The translations under genes were made by a program, and so were the position numbers. From Alphaproteobacteria bacterium (lineage in GTDB: Bacteria > Pseudomonadota > Alphaproteobacteria > Sphingomonadales > Rhodothalassiaceae): 29,088 nt of DNA. The stretch is taken from NCBI GenBank assembly GCA_003695555.1, contig RFIU01000334.1:1-29088 (forward strand). Direction: 5' to 3'. Numbering within the stretch: the first letter of the stretch is position 1; each line of letters opens with the position of its first letter. Positions 25,106 through 29,088 of this stretch are shown one piece after another. Under the pieces are notes generated by a model. That model was not told the DNA's origin, did not search any database, and saw nothing but the letters and a program-made list of their open reading frames with translations.

Positions 25106-26475
25106 CAGCGCGCTCCGTCGGCAAACAGGATCACCCGCAACGTCTGCAGGATGATCACGATATCGAGAAACAGCGTATAGTTCTTGATGTAATAGAGATC
25201 GTATTCGAGCTTGCGTCGCGAATCCGCGATCGATGCGCCATAGGGATAGTTGATCTGCGCCCAGCCGGTGATTCCCGGCTTCATCGCGTGGCGTTCGCGA
25301 TAGAAGGGAATGTCCCGGGCAAGCCTGGCGACGAAGAATGGCCGTTCCGGCCGCGGCCCGACGAAGCTCATCTCGCTTTTCAGGACATTGATCACCTGCG
25401 GCAGTTCGTCGATGCGCGTCATCCGCAAGAAACGCCCGACCGGCGTAATGCGGGGATCGTCCGCGCTGGCCCAGCGGGGATGGCCTTCCGGCTCGGCATC
25501 GACGACCATCGAGCGGAACTTCAACAGATGAAAGATGCGCCCCCCGCGTCCGACCCGCTCCTGGCGATAGAAGACCGGGCCGGGACTCGTCAAACGAATG
25601 GCCAGCGCCGCCAGCAGCATCACCGGCAGGCTGACGATCAGTACCGAACCTGCAAGCAGGACATCGAATCCCCGCTTGGCCAGCCGTTCGTAGAAGCGAC
25701 CGCCGACGAAACCGTCGGAAAAGACCAGATAGGCCGGGTCCAGCGTATCGAGATCGACGCGTCCCGTCTCGCGCTCGATGAAGGCGGCGATGTCCTGAAC
25801 CGCTATGCCCTTCAGACGACAATCGAGCAGTTGGGCGATCGGCACCTCCTGCTCCCGTTCACAGGCAACGACGATCTCGCTGGCGCCGCTCTCGATCACC
25901 TGTTCGATAAGGCAGGATCCCTGATCCTCTCCGCGCGCCTGCCGGCAGTCGCAGCCGCCGACGATCCGAAAGCGCGCATCCGGTCTTTCGGCAAGTTCCC
26001 GCGCACGTGCCGCGCGCGCGCCTTCACCGAGCAGAAAGATGCGGCGACGCAACAGATCAAGATCGACGATGCGCGCAAAGGTCCAGCGGATCAGAGGGAT
26101 GACGATCAGCACCTCCGCCGTCACGACCAGCAGGACCGACCGCCAGACCAGCGTTTCGCCGGTCACGAAGCCGATCACGGCCAACAGAATCACGGCAAGG
26201 AACAGCGCGACGAAGAGCTTGAGCAGGGTTTCACGCAGATCAAGGGTGGTGCGGCTCTGATAGAGTCCGACGGAAACCATCGCCACCCAGGTGACGATGG
26301 CATAGACGACGGCATCGAAACGGGCGCTCGCCAGCGGATCCGGCTGCAGTCCGGCAATCCGCAGACGCAGGAACTCGCCAAGCAAATAGGCGCCGAAGAG
26401 AGTCGCGATCTCGATCAGGGAAAGAACGATCAGCGCGACCGGCACATAATGTCGAAAGATGCGGATCATCGCCAT
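25105..26475 (-). CDS. Priming (polyprenyl-phosphate) sugar transferase, XrtA/PEP-CTERM type (TIGR03013-like, 456 aa)
   Basis: [10 protein letters not shown] start, 4 N-terminal TMs, [45 protein letters not shown] and YDLYY. Strong RBS GAGGAGAGGG. Confidence 0.95.
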   Translation of the reverse strand: MAMIRIFRHYVPVALIVLSLIEIATLFGAYLLGEFLRLRIAGLQPDPLASARFDAVVYAIVTWVAMVSVGLYQSRTTLDLRETLLKLFVALFLAVILLAVIGFVTGETLVWRSVLLVVTAEVLIVIPLIRWTFARIVDLDLLRRRIFLLGEGARAARARELAERPDARFRIVGGCDCRQARGEDQGSCLIEQVIESGASEIVVACEREQEVPIAQLLDCRLKGIAVQDIAAFIERETGRVDLDTLDPAYLVFSDGFVGGRFYERLAKRGFDVLLAGSVLIVSLPVMLLAALAIRLTSPGPVFYRQERVGRGGRIFHLLKFRSMVVDAEPEGHPRWASADDPRITPVGRFLRMTRIDELPQVINVLKSEMSFVGPRPERPFFVARLARDIPFYRERHAMKPGITGWAQINYPYGASIADSRRKLEYDLYYIKNYTLFLDIVIILQTLRVILFADGAR

Positions 26476-26703
26476 CCCTCTCCTCGCGACGAAGGGGACG
26501 TCCCTCGTGCAGGCCGGACATCAGCCATGGATACTATTGTCCCGTTCCTTTCGATACCGAAAACGCGTCCACTCGGCAGCCCTTTTCCCTTGCTCAGGCT
26601 GTGACATCCCCTCGCGGAATTCAAGAATAAGAAGAAGTCATCTCGCAATACGTTTTCACGAGAATAAAACTTCAGGAACAGGAAGGGGGATCATCTCGTC
26701 GGG

Positions 26704-27315
26704 CTATCGAGGATGGCCGAGAACTTCCGCTATCCTTCGGCGCAATGCCGGTACGACTTCGGCCTCGAACCAGGGGTGACGGCGGAACCAGCCGATATTG
26801 CGCGGGCTCGGATGCGGCAGCGGAAAGAGCGCGGGAGCGAATTCGCGCCAGCGCCTGACGACTCCGCTGACGCCCTCGCGCATTGCCTCGCGCCCGAGAT
26901 GCCAGCGCATCGCATACTGCCCGATCACCAGCGTCAGATCCTGCGGACCTAGTGTGGAAAGCAGCCGCTTGCGCCAGTGGGCGGCACATTCCGGCCTTGG
27001 CGGCCGGTCGCCGCCTTTCGGATCGGTGCCGGGATAGCAGAAACCCATCGGCACGATATTGAGACGGGCGGGATCATAGAAGGTTTCTCGACCGATGCCC
27101 ATCCAGTCGCGCAGGCGCTCGCCGGAGGGATCATTGAAGGGCAGGCCGGTTTCATGGACCCGACGTCCCGGCGCCTGCCCGACCACCAGAATGCGCGCCC
27201 GCGGGCCTGCCTGCAGGACCGGACGCGGCTCGTGCGGCAACAGATCCGCGCACAGGCAGCAGGCGCGGATCTCGCTCAGCAGCGTGTCGAGATCGCGTTC
27301 GTCGCCGCCGTTCAC
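26704..27315 (-). CDS. Uracil-DNA glycosylase family protein (UDG-F4-like, probable Fe-S cluster, 203 aa)
   Basis: VVGQAPG, PFNDPSGERLRDW, MGFCYPG, PPRPEC and LPHPSPRN; N-terminal CxxC. Confidence 0.9.
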   Translation of the reverse strand: MNGGDERDLDTLLSEIRACCLCADLLPHEPRPVLQAGPRARILVVGQAPGRRVHETGLPFNDPSGERLRDWMGIGRETFYDPARLNIVPMGFCYPGTDPKGGDRPPRPECAAHWRKRLLSTLGPQDLTLVIGQYAMRWHLGREAMREGVSGVVRRWREFAPALFPLPHPSPRNIGWFRRHPWFEAEVVPALRRRIAEVLGHPR

Positions 27316-27346
27316 GGCCCCGTCCTTCCCGCTTCCATTCCCTGCT

Positions 27347-28504
27347 TCAGGCGGCAGCGCCGAGCGACTGAAAGCGAAGGCGGTGAAAATCGGCGTCCCC
27401 GAAGAGCGGTTTCAAGGCATGAAAATGCTTGAAGTAGGTGCCGATGTCGAGTTCTTCGGATACGCCCATGCCACCATGAAGCTGAACACCCTGCGCCGTG
27501 ACGAATTCGCCTGCTTCGACCGCGCGCATCTTGGCAGCGCTGACCATCCGGCGGGTCTCCGGCGAAGACGAATCGATGGCAAAGGTCATCGTCGCCGCCT
27601 CGACCAGCGAGCGGGTCTCCTCGATCGAGACCAGCATGTCGGCGAGTCGATGCTGAAGCACCTGAAAGGCGGCGAGCGGCCGCCCGAACTGCCGGCGGGT
27701 GGAAAGATGGGCGCGGGTCTTGGCAAGCACCGCTTCCATCATCCCGACGATTTCAGCCGATGCCGCGAGTGCGGCGCCATCCAGCACCTCATCGAGCGCT
27801 GCCGCCACCGCTTCTCCCTCACTGCCGAGAGCGGCCTTTTCTGCCACCTGCACTTCCTTGAGGATGACCTCGCCGGCACGAGCACCGTCGATCGTGCGAT
27901 AGCCGCGAATCTCGAGTCCGGGCGTCTGCTTCTCGACAGCGAAGATTCGCAGACCCGCCGGTGACCCGCGATCGCCCCGCCCCTCTTCGCGCGCGAGCAC
28001 CAGAAGCAGATCCGCAGCGGGTGCGCCGAGCACCACCGCCTTGTGTCCAGTGATCGACCAGCCATCACCTTCAAGAGGACGGGCCGTCGTGGAGGTGTCG
28101 CGAATGTCGAAGGGCGCATCCGGTTCACTGAAGGCCAGGGACGCAAGGCGCTCGCCGGCAAGGATCGGGCCCAGCCACTCGTCGGCGTGCCCCGGATCGG
28201 CAAGGCGTTCGATCATCCGACCGGCAAGCAGGACGGTTGAAAGATAGGGTTCGAGCACCAGCCCCGCTCCGAAGGCCTTCATCAGCAGCATCACCTCGAC
28301 CGCGCTGCCACCCAGACCGCCGTGATCTTCGGCAAAGGGGAGCGCCAACCAGCCGAGCTCGGCGAATTCCGACCAGTACTCGCGCGAGAAGCCTTCCGGG
28401 CTTGCCGAAATTCGCCGCCGGGTTTCGAAGTCATAGCGGTCGGCAATGAAGCGCTCGGCTCCATTCAGGATCAACTGCTGTTCTTCGGAAAGCGCGAAAT
28501 CCAT
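27347..28504 (-). CDS. Acyl-CoA dehydrogenase family protein, PimD-like small subunit (385 aa)
   Basis: MDFALSEEQ, YDFETRR, GLVLEPYLSTV, AFSEP, RRQFGRPLAAFQVLQHRLADM and QLHGGMG. RBS GAGGAGAAGG before ATG 28504. Confidence 0.9.
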   Translation of the reverse strand: MDFALSEEQQLILNGAERFIADRYDFETRRRISASPEGFSREYWSEFAELGWLALPFAEDHGGLGGSAVEVMLLMKAFGAGLVLEPYLSTVLLAGRMIERLADPGHADEWLGPILAGERLASLAFSEPDAPFDIRDTSTTARPLEGDGWSITGHKAVVLGAPAADLLLVLAREEGRGDRGSPAGLRIFAVEKQTPGLEIRGYRTIDGARAGEVILKEVQVAEKAALGSEGEAVAAALDEVLDGAALAASAEIVGMMEAVLAKTRAHLSTRRQFGRPLAAFQVLQHRLADMLVSIEETRSLVEAATMTFAIDSSSPETRRMVSAAKMRAVEAGEFVTAQGVQLHGGMGVSEELDIGTYFKHFHALKPLFGDADFHRLRFQSLGAAA

Positions 28505-28597
28505 GGCCTTCTCCTCGCCGCTCCATCCCTTAGCGCCTTCCATGGCATGACCGGCCGGGCGCAGACAAGCTGACGGAATCTTCAGTTCGCAAGATGT

Positions 28598-28623
28598 CGC
28601 CCGTAAAGCTTGCGCTTCGGGCG
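28598..28623 (-). other. Stem-loop with GNRA tetraloop after the msrA stop
   Basis: CGCCCG-AAGC-GCAA-GCTT-ta-CGGGCG. No U-tract follows, so terminator function is unproven. Confidence 0.4.
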
Positions 28624-28642
28624 GATCCGGGTGTGCGGCGGA

Positions 28643-29088
28643 TCAGTCTTCCGCCGGACGGCGGCGCGCCAGGCGTTCCCGCCAGCGGGCACGGGCCTTG
28701 GCGACCTTGGGTGCGACGACCGCCGCGCAATAGGGCTGATCGGGATTGCGGGCGAAATAGTCGCGGTGATAGGCCTCGGCCGGCCAAAAGCGGCCGGCAT
28801 GCGCGATCTCAGTGACGATCGGCTCGTCCCACATTGCCTGTGCCCGTTGCTTGGCTTCTTCGGCGATGCGGCGCTGCTCCTCGTCAAGGACGAAGATTGC
28901 CGAACGGTACTGCGGGCCGAGGTCGGGCCCCTGCCCGTCGCGCTGCGTCGGGTCATGGGTGGTAAAAAAGACCTCCAGCAGGTCTGCAAAGCTGATCTTC
29001 GCCGGATCGAAAATGATCTCGATCGCCTCTGCATGCCCTGTGGTACCGGTGCAGACCTCTTCGTAGCTCGGGTTTTCCGTTTGGCCAC
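28643..29088 (-). CDS. msrA: Peptide methionine sulfoxide reductase MsrA (5' part outside the window)
   Basis: The open frame from 29086 reads GQTENPSYEEVCTGTTGHAE...HDPTQRDGQGPDLGPQYRSAIF...FWPAEAYHRDYF..NPDQPYC. The ORF track shows only the last 63 aa. Confidence 0.96.
   Translation of the reverse strand, partial: GQTENPSYEEVCTGTTGHAEAIEIIFDPAKISFADLLEVFFTTHDPTQRDGQGPDLGPQYRSAIFVLDEEQRRIAEEAKQRAQAMWDEPIVTEIAHAGRFWPAEAYHRDYFARNPDQPYCAAVVAPKVAKARARWRERLARRRPAED

Noticed and set aside
1171-25822. Extended N-termini in the ORF track (pstS 1317, phoB 2046, 4574, 9318, 12396, 15858, 17110, 18954, 21095, 22695, 25822)
   Set aside because: Downstream starts have better RBSs, stop/start overlaps or signal peptides, and the extensions overlap neighbouring genes or promoters.
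208-27964. Long opposite-strand ORFs such as 208-1260, 1403-2284, 3807-4640, 8413-9243, 11910-13250, 17221-18678, 21244-22743, 22457-23434, 25030-26604 and 27095-27964
   Set aside because: They overlap well-supported genes in antisense, show no recognisable motifs and have the composition expected of shadow frames in high-GC coding DNA.
1-29088. CRISPR arrays, tRNA/rRNA genes, transposases, integrases and prophage genes
   Set aside because: I saw no repeat-spacer arrays, cloverleaf or rRNA signatures, or mobile-element ORFs when reading by eye. tRNAscan-SE, Infernal and ISEScan would be needed to exclude them formally.

Overview
This is a GC-rich bacterial chromosomal window, most likely from an alphaproteobacterium of the Sphingomonadales/Kordiimonadales/Iodidimonadales neighbourhood (inferred from protein style, not from a search). 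From left to right it contains: (1) a phosphate block with pstS transcribed divergently from phoU-phoB and two back-to-back Pho-box-like promoters; (2) an unannotated two-gene unit (4496->2994, minus strand) made of a 253-aa unknown protein and a compact, divergent YcaO-like protein, in the same frame and separated by one TAG, behind a perfect EcfG/sigmaT-type promoter motif and a long structured leader; (3) a ~21.6-kb exosortase-A/PEP-CTERM-associated exopolysaccharide locus (4857-26475) with exosortase, GT4, FemAB-like protein, deacetylase, ExeA-like ATPase, outer-membrane barrel, tyrosine kinase, chain-length protein, Wza-like exporter, PLP decarboxylase, acyl-CoA ligase, ACP, two alpha/beta hydrolases, O-glycosylation ligase, PrsT and priming sugar transferase, but without prsK/prsR, an EpsI domain or the usual amidotransferase; (4) a uracil-DNA glycosylase family gene, a PimD-like acyl-CoA dehydrogenase and the 3' part of msrA. 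I saw no rRNA, tRNA, CRISPR array or transposase. The best candidate for an undescribed system is the apparently stress-promoter-driven unknown-protein plus mini-YcaO unit. All family assignments come from motif recognition by eye; no database was searched.
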